A DNA stretch of 64,000 nucleotides from Octopus bimaculoides. Taxonomy: Eukaryota. Where the stretch lies: contig NC_068989.1 in the NCBI RefSeq assembly GCF_001194135.2, forward strand, positions 947,057 through 1,011,056. Reading direction: 5' to 3'. The translations under genes were made by a program, and so were the position numbers. Below the pieces are notes generated by a model that worked only from the letters and a program-made list of their open reading frames with translations, searched no databases and had not been told where the DNA came from. Position 1 is the stretch's first letter, and each line of letters begins with the position of its first letter. Below are positions 23,058 through 38,000 of the stretch, piece after piece.

Positions 23058-26000
23058 CCATTGTTTAAGTTAACAAGCCACGTGTATATAGTGTTTTGTG
23101 CTTAACTCTACACACATTGATAAAAATACATAATTATGTAGAAAAGTAAGTATTTCAGGGTAATTTAGCAGGCGTTATGAGAATACATAAGTAAATTATA
23201 TTTCTGTTATTGTTGTTTTCTCGTTCATTGAAAGCCAAACTTTTTCTATCCTCCCCAAACCTCTCCACATTCGTTTTCCAATTCCAATAATTGTCTCAGT
23301 AAACTTTATAACAACCACCAGTTGAAATAACAATACCTCAAGGTGTGTTCATAGTCTCTTACCATTTTGTTTCTCAACCAGCATCCCTACTTTTATGTCA
23401 GATCATAACTCTTGGCAACCGGGTTTCGATTTATATTCGATTCATTTTATATACACACCGAATTTCTTTGAAGAAAGGAATTACATCTCCATTCTGTAAA
23501 TATAAAACCTTGTGCATATATATATATATATAGAATTTTTTTTAGTTGGTAGATTTGGAAGAAACTTTGGAACAACAAATTAAATGTTAAGTCGTGTTTA
23601 CTTTGGGTGATCTTGGAGTATAACTTATTTCTTACTTTGGTAACAACGAAACGGTACTTTCGGGTACGTTATATTACATTAATTGCCTTACTTTGTATCT
23701 TCTGTTGTGTTGCTTTGTCATCGAAGTCGACTTCTTTTATTCTTCGGTAAAATAATGTATACATTCCACTCTTAAAACAGTTTCTGGCGATCCTCAAACA
23801 AGAAACCAAAAGAACAATACAAACGTCAGGAAATTTGCTAAAGAAACGAACGTGTTTCAAAGATGCGTATTGAATCCTGTCCTCTTTTAAGAATAAAATA
23901 TGTAATTGCACGAAAGGATAGGAACAAGGGCATTGATGTTTGATTATCAACATTTAATGTCTGTCTTGTAAGCTGGCGTGGGTCGGACGGTTTGACAACA
24001 TCCAATAAACTGGAGGACTGAATCGAACTCCAGTCTCTGTTTTCTAGGCATGGTTTCTACGACTGAATGACCATCCTAATGCCAACCAGAGCGTACTGGG
24101 TTTGTTTCCCGACACCATTGCTAGAGAGGTGACCAAGTAACTCACAAGAAAGAGACCCGTCGAGTGAGAGAGGTTGTAGTAGAGCAGCAGGTGACTTTGC
24201 CAGGTGTTGAGAGGTACAAGTGTCTTGCTGTGGTAGAGATACTTGGCCGTCCTGCATTCTATGTACAGGTGACTGTATCTGGGAAGAAGACTGGTGGTGG
24301 TGACAAGGCGTCTGAGTGTAATCTCAAGAATTGGGGTATGAAAGAGAATAGGATCAAAGAGGGAAGAATGACAGTTGGTTAGGGGTAGGTAGAGGTGAAT
24401 GAGACTGAAATGGAAGTGTGGTCGATGGTCAATTTCAGAATGGGGGTGAGGAAGTATAAGTAACAATACAGAAAAGGAGGAGAGCTGTAGTTTTTTAACC
24501 TGCAGGAAGATTTGAAAGTATGGGAATGTGTAGGGTGAGAGCGGATTTACTGTGACAGTGATGGATGCAAGAACTATGTAGGGAATAGAAGACAAAAGTT
24601 GGGGAGAGGCCATCGATGACAGATGTGGGAGGGTGTTAAAGATAAGGTCATGGCAGTCTTAAGATGTATTTCAGAGGATATGGAAAGACAACAGGAGGCA
24701 TAAAAAGGGGGATTGATGGGAAGGGATAATACTAGAAATGAGGGTTGACTATCAAAAGGAAATGGTTCAGGGGAGGTAACTGAGAGTACAAAGGGGGATG
24801 AAATATGTGAATATTCTGTTCCATTGATTATGGCAGCTGAATAAGTACCATTGTTAGTGGAGACAAGGAATGGATGTTTAGATGAGATGGGGAGAGATTG
24901 GGTGCTGAGGTAGAGCTCAGTGTATAGATCTGCTTTTAGGTGGACAAGTCTTCTCCTATACAAGTGAATTGCTAATCGTCTCTTTGTTCTTTGAGACTTG
25001 TCATTTTGACATCACTCTTTCCTAATTGTCTCATGTCCTCCTGGATTTCCCTCTTCCACAACTTCCATACCAGTTGGCACTGCTTTATTCAGCTGTCTTC
25101 AGTCATCCATATCACTCGACCATACCAGCTCAGTTTCTCTCTTGCAACACTTCATCTGAATCCTCTTCTTTCTGATTTTTCTCTCAACATTCGCATTTTG
25201 TTGTACATGTAGTACAGGGGTGTTGTACATCCAACAGAGCATACTGGTTTCATTTCTTTATCATCTTTGCATGTCGTCTGCACTCACAGTCCATGTTTCA
25301 CTACTATGTGTTATTGCTGTTCATACACAAACACCTGCCTTTCATTCAAGGAAAATTGCTCTCTGAACTTTCTTGTTCTTATTCTAGCAACTTTACTTTC
25401 AGAACATCCTCCTCCTGTGCTACTTAAGTCACATAAGTAACAGGAATAAAATATCTCCTATTTCTAAAGAACTTGCTGGGTATTTGAGAAAATCTATTTC
25501 CTGTGTGTTAGTATTCATTGCTTCTGTGCATCTTCCACATACAAATGCTACTTTCTCTAACATTTTGTGATTCCAATGCATCTGTTCTGTCCATAGCTTG
25601 CATTGAATACACTGAGAATGTTTGCTTACACCTTCCCTACATATCAAGCAATGCCATTACCTGAAGGGAATGGATTCACGTCTGTTCTGTTTAGTAGAAC
25701 TTTGGTCCTTGTTAGGTTAACTTTAAGGCACTTTTATTCCAGGTTTTGCTCCCCATACTGGGAATTTCATTTCTAGCTGTACTACAGTTTCTGCTGAATG
25801 TATGAGGTCATCAGCAGATGTCAATTCCCAAAGGCTGCCTGTCTTAAATTCCTCTAATGCTTTGGAAATCTATGAGGATTAGGAAATGAACTGAGTCCTG
25901 GTGAATTCCTCCTCCCTGAACACTAACCCTAACGCTCTCCTTTATTGACAGCTCTCCTGTACATTGCTTGTATGCCTCTTTCATGCTGTTCATTTCGCTT

Positions 26001-29000
26001 CCTCAGGGGCCACCACATCACAGAGCAAGGGACCCTGTCGATGGTTTTATCCAGATCTGATGAATGCCAATTGCAGTGGCTTATTTTCTATCTAAATACT
26101 TCTCCTGTAGTTGGTTTACTTGACAGAGGGCAGCAGTAGTATTGTCGCACAAAACCAAACTGTATTTCATCTAATATCGTTCTCTTCCTAATTAATATTT
26201 TTTAATTGAAAAAACATATTTGAAGTTTTTTCTTTTTTGTTAGAGGTTTAATGACTCTTGTGTTCTTTTATTCGGGTTTCTGTGTTTTGAGTTGACATTT
26301 CTTGTACGATGGATTGTCCGACTTTCTTACATTTATCTCTGTAACTTTACTAATTATTTAGCTCTGAGTCAGCCTTGGATCAAGTAAATCTATGCTGAAA
26401 ATTGTTCCAGACCTGACTGGCTCTTCATTCAGTATATGTAACTGGTAGTGTGTATTGAGATAAATTTTGCTGGTTTTTCTAGCAGTTGGGGTAATGCCTA
26501 GAAATCCTACTTGTTGACTTATTCCTTTTTTCTTTTTTTAATGATTCAAACTATGCTTCACTTACTGCTTTTTTTTTCTATCCTGCTTCCTTCTTTATTG
26601 ATCAAGGGATGGGTTTGCATGCTTATAGTCTCTCTAAAACCTCTCCCTTTTAGAAGATGATATTTTGAAAAGGAAATGGAACAGAAAATTGTGATGGTCA
26701 TGTTGTTTCCTGAATGTATTAGCAGTGTTAGTAAAGTGGAATAAGCTTCAATCAAATTGCAACATCAACTTGCATATCTGATATCTTCTTTAGGCATAAA
26801 ACACAAACCGGGATTTTGTAAGATCTTGTCAAATGTGTTTTGTCTTTTGTTGTAGTAGTAGTGGTGGTGGTGGTATTGTGAACTAATTGAAGTAATTATA
26901 TATTTGTTATAAATCTTTCTGAAGACGTGTATTTTGAGGGAGGTTGCTTAAGTGTTTGGTCTTGCATATAATGCAGTTTGCCATCTGCAAAAGGGAAGTT
27001 ACTTCTGTCACTGCTGGTGTCACCTGCAATGTAAGTATAGGTGACCAGAGAAGTAATGAAGCTAAATGCAATTATGGTTTCAGGTTCACATTAGAGTAAT
27101 ATTACTGTGATTTTTTTCTTGTTTGCTAAGTAATTTAAACATTTTAAATTCATTCATTAAATGTCTCTTTTGACTGCCATTTTGCAAAGTAGACTTGGAA
27201 CCTGGCAATTATATGAAAATATTAGATTTCTTTTTTTTCTATTGGTTTTTGCAGGATTTGAATTTAATGAAATTAAATATTGTAATGAGTGAGCAAACTT
27301 ATTATCAAAGATATTCCTGCCATAACCATTATAACCATACTTTTTTTTTTTTTTAGACAAAGTCCATCTTGGACTACATTGTCCAAAGTAATCGTTTTAG
27401 GACTATGATTTGAGGGAAATTTGGTCACTATCTAGAACATTGAGGAACAATGTAGAGTATTGGACTCTCAACTTTTTAAAATTCTGGGTCAGATCCAAAA
27501 CCTGGATTTTTGTAGGGACCACACCCCAAAAAAAGTAAAACTTAAGTCAAAGAAAAATTTATATTTATAGAGGGAGACCATTGAGGGCCGCTTGTGGCCC
27601 TGTGAGCTGCAATTTGGATCAGCTGATGAAGAGGCTGCTTCATTACCTTTGTGGTTGTGTGTGTTGGGAAACCTTTTGTTGTAAGTTTATGGAATTGTTT
27701 TAATCTTGTCTCACAGTTTTGAGTTCCTGGGTGGAGTTGTCTTTCACCTTTCTATCGTCCAGAAAATTAGTTCCAGCAAATACACTTGGGTCCATTCAAT
27801 AGGGTGTACTCTTTTCTTATAAACTTGTGATCTTCTATAACTTGATGTGAAGGGAATTTTTACTGATGAGCAGAAGGTGGATCTTTGGAAATTGTGATGG
27901 TTTACGCAGCAAGTCTACATTTACTTCAGAACAGATTTTTCTATGGAGTCTTAAATTTCTGTTGGCTTGAAAATTAAATGCTAAATATTTGTTCTTTCCA
28001 CATATTGAATCTGGAAAATATTGGTGCACTCACACTTGATATTCTTTTTTAATCTTTCTTTCCTCCTGGGCCAATAAAATGTGTGTGTGTGTGTAGCTAG
28101 TATTGAATAAGCTTAATTGTTATATTAAGTAGTCTCTAGTAAACTGAAGTTCTCTAAATGAGAGGAAATTGTTCATTGAACACTTGTTTCTAGAACAAGT
28201 GTCATCGTTAACCTTTGCACTCTTAAAAGCTAATTTCGACTCCATGTATATTGAAGATTTCTTTTTTTTCTACCTTCTCCTTATTGCTAATGTTTTTTTT
28301 AGATGTAAAGCTATTCCAACAGTGGAATCACACTTATTCCACAGAATTGTTTTTCTTACTTTTTGCTAAACCTCTCTTTTCCTTTTGATTCAGCTGTTTT
28401 ACTTTCATCATCGTCCAAACTTTATTTCACAACTTTCAATTCAATGCAAATCTGTTCTGGCCTGCGTTCCTTTTCTAAAAATGCATTTCCATTGATATAC
28501 TTACGTAAGCCGTGTGGGTGTGTATTTATCATTGCTTTCTGTGTGGTTGTGCTGGGGTTTCTCAATCACATTGACCACACTCTCTACTTCAGTTTGGTCC
28601 TCATTCTGTAATGTTGTTTGTTGATCTATAAAATAAGTTGTTCTCCACTTGATATTTGAGAGGGATCTTTTCTTTTATTGTTTCCCTCGTCTAATGTGTT
28701 GGGCTTACCTCATTTTCACACTCCAATGTTATTTTATCTATAAAGTCTAAATGTCTCAAATCTGACCTAGTTATCACTTTCCTTTTTCTGTCACATCTTT
28801 AACTGTTAGTATTATTTTATCCAGTTTTACTAGTGTACACCTCACATTATATAATGCCTGCTGTAAGTCATGAAAGATGAATGTGGTTGGGATATGAACA
28901 GCCCACAAAGCTGTCAGCACCCACCAGACTGCAAGGTAAATCGATGCAAAAGAGTTGTTGCACTGAGTCTACAGAATAGATTTCCTACAGACTCCTTCCT

Positions 29001-32000
29001 CCAGGTGAAGCGGGTGTGTTCATTGCATGCCCTGGCACAAGCCAAAACCACAACTTATCCAACCTAATTAGAACTTGCATTAATTTCACTGGCTGTCTGC
29101 CACTTGAATGGTTCTCATCTTGCAGCTGCTATGCATCTATTGTGCATCTCCTTTATTTTTGTTATACATGTTACAGCCATGACATTTATTGGAGGATAAT
29201 GTCTTTTAAATAAAAACTGAAACCGGATATAATGGTTGGATAAAATATTAAATCAATAAATAATTTCTGTATAGGTTCCACATTTTGTACTTTCATCTTG
29301 GTGTGAAAATTCTACGCTTATGTACAAAGTTTATCAGTTTCTATAGATTAAAATTATAGTATTGTATTTTATAGCTTTTATTTAGTAATACTTTAAATGG
29401 AAATAATGACACCCTTTTGGAATGTATTTCAAATTACCTTATTGTAAAATTGTGGACTGTAATCTCGATTCAAATCATTGAACAAGGCAGTAATTAAAAC
29501 AAGTGTTTTTAAATTAGAAATAAACAGCTATTTAGCAACATGTTTAGAGGTGGTTTTTTTTTTCTTTTCTTTTTTTTTTTTTTGCTATTGAATGTTTGTC
29601 TTGAAGTAACTTTTAGATTTTGCAATAAGTTTGTGTGTTGTGAAGAAGACCTGAGTTTGAATGTTTCAGTTCAGAGCCCTCAGAAGCAAAAATTATTTAT
29701 ATCAATGCACACTGTCACAAAGTTTTTCTTTTCCTTAACTTTTAAGTGTGTTTTTTCTTTTGTGCAGCAACTGTTAAAAGCAAGTTCTTCAATTTTCTCT
29801 TTGTTGTCACCTTACTTGCTTTGAATGTTCTGTTGATTACCAACTTGTAGCCATCTAAAGTGTGACAGAAAATAATTACATATAACGACATAAATGTATG
29901 TCTCCTTTATCAGTGAAATGACGTCTACGTATGATCTCCTTCATGTGTTGCATGATTTATTTCTTGTCTCAGCCCTACCTCATGGCCCTGTTCTTTTATA
30001 ATAACTCCCAGACTCCATCTTATGCTGCTTGCACCAAGCTACATTATTTTCTCACTTTCTGCACACTGGCTAAAGTCAACATAATACTTCTTGCCAAGCT
30101 TGGCATCCCCGTGACTTTGACAAAAGACATTTTACATCAGACACAACTTATTTCCATTCAGCAACCTCAAAACAGGAATAAAAAATTATTTAGGAAACCA
30201 GTAACTATATTTAACATCACAATTCATAATCCTGCAGGCCTTCTCTCCTGAAGATGCTGCATTCTTGACATAGTTTAGACTTCACAAAATTAGAATTGGT
30301 TTTCAATAACCAAAAAGGTAATTCAATTTTGAACCTGAATTAGATCCTTTATTAAATGCAGATATGTCCCAAGACTTTAATACTATTCTCCTATCATTTT
30401 TGAGGCCCTTATTTTTTGTTTTTTGTCTCTTAACTGTCGATTGTTTTCTGGGGACGTAAAACATGTCTTGAGTATTTTTAGATCTTGTGGGCCTCATCCA
30501 TTTTCTGTCTAACCACACCTGATTACTTTAAGAAAGGGAGAGAATATTGACTGCAGTGCAAGGCTGGTACTTTTATTGACCATTCCGTTTCAGAAGGATT
30601 GAGAGGTAAAGTTGTTAACCTTGCTGATTTGAACAACTTGATCAATCATTGCTCTGTTTTGTCTGCAATTTAGATTGATTAAACATTAACGGCATTGATT
30701 TCATCAAACTATTACATTCCCCTGTCTAGGGAAGGTGTAAATGTTACAGACCCTCCTCACACTGACAAAGCCCCCTCCCAAACTACCTGCCCCAGTTGTA
30801 GATTAAAAGAATCTTTTAAAATATGTCCTTTTTGGTATACATTTATGAGATTTATATTTGTAATGTCCCATCAGTAATGCTAGTTTTCTCTATTTGCAGA
30901 GAAGGTGGCAGACTTGGTAGCATGCTGTGCAAAATGCTTAGCATTTTGTGAGGTTGACTTTGGTTCCCGTCCTTTGGTGGGNNNNNNNNNNNNNNNNNNN
31001 NNNNNNNNNNNNNNNNNNNNNNNNNNNNNNNNNNNNNNGGGGGGGGGGGGTCCATGAAATAAGTACCAGTTGAGCACTGAGATTGATGTAATCGATTTAA
31101 CCCCTCCCCTCTGTCTAAATTTGAAACCAATATTTTGCAGAGAAATCTTTTAACATTTGCCATGTAACATTCAAGCCTTAGTTACTGCTCTCATCACAAT
31201 TTTTATCTAATGGAAATATTATAAATGATATTATTCTTCTCAGCATGTTTTTTTGTAGTTTTTCAGTAATCTTACATAAAATCATTAGTTTGACATTAAT
31301 TATCAGGTAAAATTTTTCATGTTCTAGCTACAGTCATTGACTGCCATGCTGGAGCACGAGCTTTAAAGCTTTTATATTGATTGCAGTGTTTGTTTTTTGC
31401 CTTTTAACTATTCATATTGATTGCAGTGTTCACTTCAGTCTAGTTAGTATTTAGATTATTGATCTCTTTATCAAACAGCCAAGTTTTCTTTTAAAAACAC
31501 CTCATTTTACTCCAGTTTGTGTAAACATGCATATAATTACTGTTTCATGCCTGTTTTCTATGCTGGCATGGGATAGATGTGGTGTTAACGGTCTGAGTTG
31601 GTCCTTATTTTGGGTTCTTGTCTTTCTGGAAAAGCCAGCAGGGAATCGTGTCTTGCACTTTACATCTTACCATGGCACCAGTACTGGTGCCATTGTCTTC
31701 TATCTTGCAAAAGCCAAAGGAATTCCTATTGTCTCCATTTGTAGCATGGCTAATAATGGGTAGAAGGGGTGGGGTGGGGGTAAACAATTGGAAGAGGAAG
31801 AAAAGGGACAGTGCTTTGAGAGGATAATGAAAGGCAGCAGTGTGAGGGATGCCAAGAGCTGAAGGGAGTGAAGGTTAACAATATAATTAAGGTTGGCTAC
31901 TAAGAAAGCCCCCCCCCCCACACCGATTAGTAGTAATAGAGTTGATGATGGATACTTGAGGGTGAAGGTGGAGTGTATCAGAGCAATCACATTAACCATG

Positions 32001-35000
32001 ATGGTGGTGGTGGAGACACTGAATGCTAGCTATATGCTGCTGGTAGGAGGAAGAGAGCTGGCTGTATTGGATACAGATCTGATGCTCAATACACTCATGT
32101 GAAAGGACCTTCCACATAGTTTCCATTTGTAGAAAAGGGAGTCTCTCATAAATTTTTCTCTGCAGAAACAGTGCTGGTGGTCATAAAAAAGGAATAACAG
32201 TCAGTGTTATAAAAGAATTAGTCATTTACAAGTGTTTCTATCAATTTTTGAGATATCATTTAGCTTGATGTCAACAGTGATGGAGCGAACTTATGATTGA
32301 AATCCATTTTACCTATGGCTATCTTGACAGTTTAAAAAAAAAAAATTTTTATATAGCATTTATGTCCAGTGTACTCTTCCTTTTTTTTAAGATTGTGGAT
32401 GTAACTTAGGAGAATTTGGCTGTTATTTCTAGAAGGTTGGTTGTGTGTAGAGGTACCATGTTTGTTCAAATTTTGACATGTTGGAAATGAGGGTGATAGA
32501 ATGTGAGCTTCTCCCATCATCATTTAACCTCTGCTTTGTGTTGGTAAGGGTCGTCATGGTTCAAGATTCAGAGTTACTGCCCTCCTTGATGGGTTGGGAA
32601 CCGCATCTTGCTCGTGCATTCTGTTAAGCAGTTGGGCCTTATGCTGACTGCTTTAGAATGTACGAAGGAGTGCATTCTATTGTGGCACCAACATCAGAAA
32701 GATTGTCATCTCCTCTAAAGTCAATATTGCAAACCTGATTGAGAGGGTGGAATAGAAGAAAGAGTATGAGTGCAATGGGAAGATGGTAGGACAGGGAGTG
32801 ATAGAAAAGACAGTGATAGCTGCATGCTAGTTGTTGGTAAAGGGGTTGAATAAAATAAGTTTGATCAACATGAGATAACAAGGGTGGATGAGTGTGACTG
32901 ATATCAATGTAGTAGTAGTAACAGGCACTGAGTATGGACAGATCTCATTTCATCCCTCGTTATACAGGTGTCTTGATGAAAGAGAGTGAGTGCTAAGAGG
33001 GATTGAATAGTCAAATCAGACGCTGTTGTTAGACAATCAGCATAAGATAGTGAATAGTAGAGAGGGATGATGAAATGTGAGGATAACGAGGAGAGCAGTA
33101 TATGAAGACTCAGTAGGAATATTAGCAAGAGACCCAATGTAGATATCTGATCCTAGCATGCAGTGCTCCCACTATTGTAATGACTACTTCCGTGAGTTGA
33201 AGTGAAGTCTCCTCCAGATGTTGCCACTTGTCATGCTTCTCTGTGAGTTTTAGTCTTCAGCACTTGGGTCTCGTGTTTTCCTTTTCCACAGTTTACAGCT
33301 TGTGAAAATACGGTTTCATTTCATTCTAACAGATTAACAATATCAAACAGAATGTCAGATTCCTTGCTACATCACTACATACCGCAAGAAGTAAATTGGG
33401 CTACTTGTAGACAGTTGAAATTCTTTTTTCTCAAAATCTTCCCAAACTAAAATTTGTACTCATTTAGCAGAATGCTTGCATTTTTATACAACTGTCATAA
33501 ATGACTGCACATGCTATGTCTTCTCTCCAGCTTGCTGCATTTGATTCTTTGTGTCCAATTTTTGTCTCTGATCATTTATGTTGTCATTCATTCACACTAA
33601 TATTATGAATATATTTCTTTCTAGCCATCATAAATTGTCTACATTCAAAGCTCACATCTTACTTCATACCCAAGCATTCTACAATCTCCCCTTCACTTGA
33701 TTACAGAAATCACATTAGCAACTGAGGTAATAATAGCTCGCTGAACTTTTTCCACCCTGTTCTATCCATGGTTACTATGTTTTCAAATCTTGCTCACTGC
33801 TTGTTAGGTCTCAGTAGCTAAAAATACTGTCAACTACGTTGAGTGAGACAACCAAGTATTTAGCAGAATTCATTTCATGTCTATTCTTATTGCTAACCAC
33901 TTCTGTCCAGCTGTCACATAACAAAGTCTACCTTCTCTGACAACTTGGCTGTGATCCCACTACACATTGGGCATCCACAGTTTACATTAGATACAATATA
34001 CCAAATTTCTGTCTACTTCTTTCTTTGCATATCAAGCCATTTACCTCATAGTAGTAGAGTCCTATCTTTCCTTTTTTCTAAAACTTCAGGTTAGAAGTAT
34101 TATTATGTTAAATAACTGTATAGCTTTCTCTCTCTCTCTCTCTTGTAATATTAAGTCTAGTTAGTTTCAAATTTATTAGATATTGTTGAAAACTGTCTCA
34201 AAGTTTTTGTCTAGAAGAGATTGATTTAAATTTATCATATTTAGCAAGTTATGAAACGGGGAACGAGTAACTTGAATACAAATGACACAGCTCTAGAGTG
34301 TAGAATGAGTCAACATAGAGTTGGTGGTAGCTTTGTAACATTTGAAGCATGAGACTAGACTATGACATTGTAACATATCTTGATTGTAGTAATTTGTTAT
34401 TACACTTGCTGTGTAAGTCTCCTGTCCTGCACATTTACTCATCAGCTGAATTCATTTTGCTTGAGTTCAATGTCAGCCAAACACGTTTTCCTGCTAGCAT
34501 TCTTCTATATGATTACAACTTTTAGTTTGTGAATATTTTGAAGAAAAGAATTTCAACTTTCTACAAGCTGTCCAATTTACATCTTGTGGTATGTAGTGGT
34601 GTAGCAAGGAATTTGATTGCTGTTTCATAACATTGTTTGGTATTATTAATCTGTTAGTCTCAGATAAAATCACATTTTAAATTTCATTATCCACACACGT
34701 ATTTAGATTTGGTCTAAAATAATTTTTGGTTTATTCATTTAGCCACTGCTTTGGCAAAATATTTAATTTGGTAAAGTGTTGGAACCAATGGAGTTGCACC
34801 TGTATGTTTATTATAATTAACTTTCAGAATTTGATTTGTAGGTACTAAGAAAATACTGTGGTGAAAATGGTCTATTTTTGTTTGTTTTCTTAGAAATAAA
34901 ATTGTCTAGAGTTTTATGACAATGTGCTAAATAGTTTAATCAAATATATGGTAATTAATTAATAACGGTTGATCTTTTTGTTATACGCAAGTGCCAAATG

Positions 35001-38000
35001 GCTATGGGATTAGTGTTTAATAAATGAAAGCAATCATCTTGATTGAAATTATGGAGTCTAGTTGAGCATTTCAATGCAAATCTTGTTGTTTTACCTGTAA
35101 AACATTGCTGTAAGATTATTGTTCATGTTTACATATTTCATCACAGTATGTATGCGTGTATGTGTGCATGAATGCACCTGTCCATTGTCCAAGTCTAGAG
35201 GTAATAGACAACATCTAATGTAATTTTGAGAAAAGGCAGGCAACCCCACTCCCTGGTCACTTTTAGTTGCTAATAGAGATTGCTTCATTAATTCCTTAAA
35301 AATATTTCTGTTCACATTAATATTTGCTTGAGTTATTGCCAAATCTTCACATTTTTAGTCTTGACCCAATGCCTATTTTTTACATAATGAATTTGCCTAC
35401 CATATATATACCATTCTACTTTGCATAAAACTTTAGCTATATTGGTACTTCTGACTCTCATTTTTTTCTGTATGCTCGTGTGTCAATATTTTTACAAAAT
35501 GATGGTACCTTTTTTAATTATGTTACTTTGTAAATTAATATCAGATAATTTTCAATATTCAAATTTTATCCTTAGCTGCAATATTTTAAGTAAAAATTTT
35601 CTTGTTCTGTATTTTACCAGATGTAATAAGTTGTCCTGAACTTTTCCAAGTGTAATAACTTGTCCTGTAATTTTCCAGGTTTATAATCTTAAGAATATTA
35701 TTTCTCTTTTTGCATTACTTTCAGTACAGCTCTTTGTGTGTGTGTGTATAATTTGTTGTCAAATTGTGAAATGAATTGTGAATAGCGCCTGTATTGAACA
35801 GTCTTTTCATAGTAAACTGTATTTTATCGACCTGTTAAATGTTTTCCTAGGCTAGGGAGAATTCGTGTATCATTTTCCTTTTAGCTTAAGACTGGGATAT
35901 TTTGTCATTTTTCTGTAAAAGGAAGTTATCACCTGATAATTGAAACTCGGTTGTGATTTCAAATGGTTAATAGAACTGTCAAGTATTTACTATTGTTCTC
36001 AGCAAAGTATTCCCCTTGGCAAGGAATATTGCATGTGATCATTTGTTTTGCACATCTTCATTCTACTTTTAGCTTTGCCATGGCCTCTTTTATAGCTTCA
36101 ACTTTATTTAAAGTGTATTTCCTACTCACGAGTGTCACAAATGGCATTGTAGCAGGTAACACTATTGAAGCATTTTCCATAAATACCAAATTGTAAATAA
36201 AGACATGAAAACATTGTGATATGAAAATGTGTGACTCAGCAACAACCTTAACATTTTCCTTCTTTTTTACTTGTATTTCTTTTTTTTTTTGCAATTGTTA
36301 ATTACTGAAATGTTAGAAAAGCATTTCATGCAAATGTGGAATCTTTTCCATTTGTTTGAGGGGTGTGTGTGTGTGTGTGAGACCCGCTTTTTTTTTTCAA
36401 GTGTTAACTATTTCAATGTTGGTACTTGCCCCTGTCACGTCTTCTTTTTTTGCCTATTGCTTATATATATAGCGTTTCAGTTGTCTGACTGGTCATGCTG
36501 GGGCACTGCCTTGAGAAGTCTTAGTTGAACAAGTCAACCCTAGGACTTATTTTTAAAAAATTTTCTTTTTTGAAGCCTAGCACTTTATTCTATCATTCTC
36601 TTTTGCTGAACTGCGAAGTTATGGGGATGTAAGCACACCAACACCAGTTGTCAAGCAGTGGTAGGGAACAGACAGACACAAAGACACACCCATAGATATA
36701 TATATATGCATGATGGGCTTGTTTCAGTTTCCGTCTACCAAATCAATTTACAAGGCTTTGGTCGGTCCAAGGCTGTAGTAGAAGACACTTGCCCAAGATG
36801 CCACGCAGTAGAACTGAACCTGGAATCCTGTGGTTGGAAAGCAAGCTTCTTACCACACCTCCACGCCTACGCACATACACACAATCTGATTATTCTTTTT
36901 TTTTTTTTTGAGGTTTCTTGTATTCTAAAATATTCTAATGCCTCCATGGTTAACTTTTGCTGTATATTTACTGAATCTTATTGATTTAGTTTATTTTCTT
37001 GAATCTTACTTCAATTATCAGACTGTTCTTTTATGTTAAGAATACCATTCTGTGTTGTGAGTATTTTTGATTTTAAAATTTGTCTTGTATAAAACTTCGG
37101 GAATATAAATTGATCCTAGTATTTGACTGGTACATCAAGTTATTGAGCTTAGAAAGATGAAAGGCAGAGTTGAACTGGGAGGGAGTTCCATTCAGAATGG
37201 ACTGGCTCCTCACTGCTGCTTGCCGTTTGATCCAGTCACCCGAACAATTCTGTCTTTCTGGGAATTGTTGCTTTTGTTTCTGAATTATCTGACTAAATTA
37301 GTTCTCTTGTGACACATTCTTTGTAAACTTGTACTTTATATTTTAATAATAATGGCAATGCCTTTTAGAAATATTTTATTTATAAAACGAGGCTATAACG
37401 ACAGCATTCTTTTCCAAAAATTTTGCCACTAAACTGTTGTATTACTTTTGAAAAATGTTTGCTGCTGAACTGGTGAATTCCTTATTATGAATGTAATGGG
37501 ATTTTCAAGAAATGAACTGATTCAACAATGGTCTCTGCCATGCATATTTTATGTTATTAAATAGAACACTTGATGTACACAGTCCTTTATATGACAGCTC
37601 TCATGTCAGTGGCTTTAACCATTGGATCTCTCTCTCTCTCTCTCTCTAAACACAATATAGTGAAAACTGCTACCAAGCCTTATCTTTTATTGTTTGTTGT
37701 AATCTCTATTATAACACTCCTTATCTTCACAAGATAATTCTTAGTTGTTAGATTCTTTTCTAAGACTGGTTTCTTTGAAAATTAGGTGTATCAAACATTT
37801 CCCTAGTTTTAAAATATCAAAAACTCAATTATTTTTGACATTGGATTTTCTAATTGACCAATTTTACATCTGTAAACAAAGCTTTTAAAAATAAGTTTAA
37901 TGAAAAGTGCCTTCAAACATATACATATAGAATATTTAATTAATTTAGATATAAAATGTAATTACTAAAACATTTTTTGTAGTGTATAGCAATGAACAGA

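Noticed and set aside
24044-24963. 189-aa and 129-aa minus-strand ORFs
   Set aside because: Pyrimidine-biased S/P/L-rich translations with no motif I recognise; probably a degenerate repeat (similar purine-rich blocks at 31.8, 32.7, 47.3 and 57.8 kb).
27860-27930. FTDEQK as a Tc1 catalytic motif
   Set aside because: No downstream motifs or TIRs.
33292-33390. Possible poison exon in IGF2BP intron 1 (also 43472..43566)
   Set aside because: AG/GT pairs containing stops are expected by chance in long introns, and there is no independent support.
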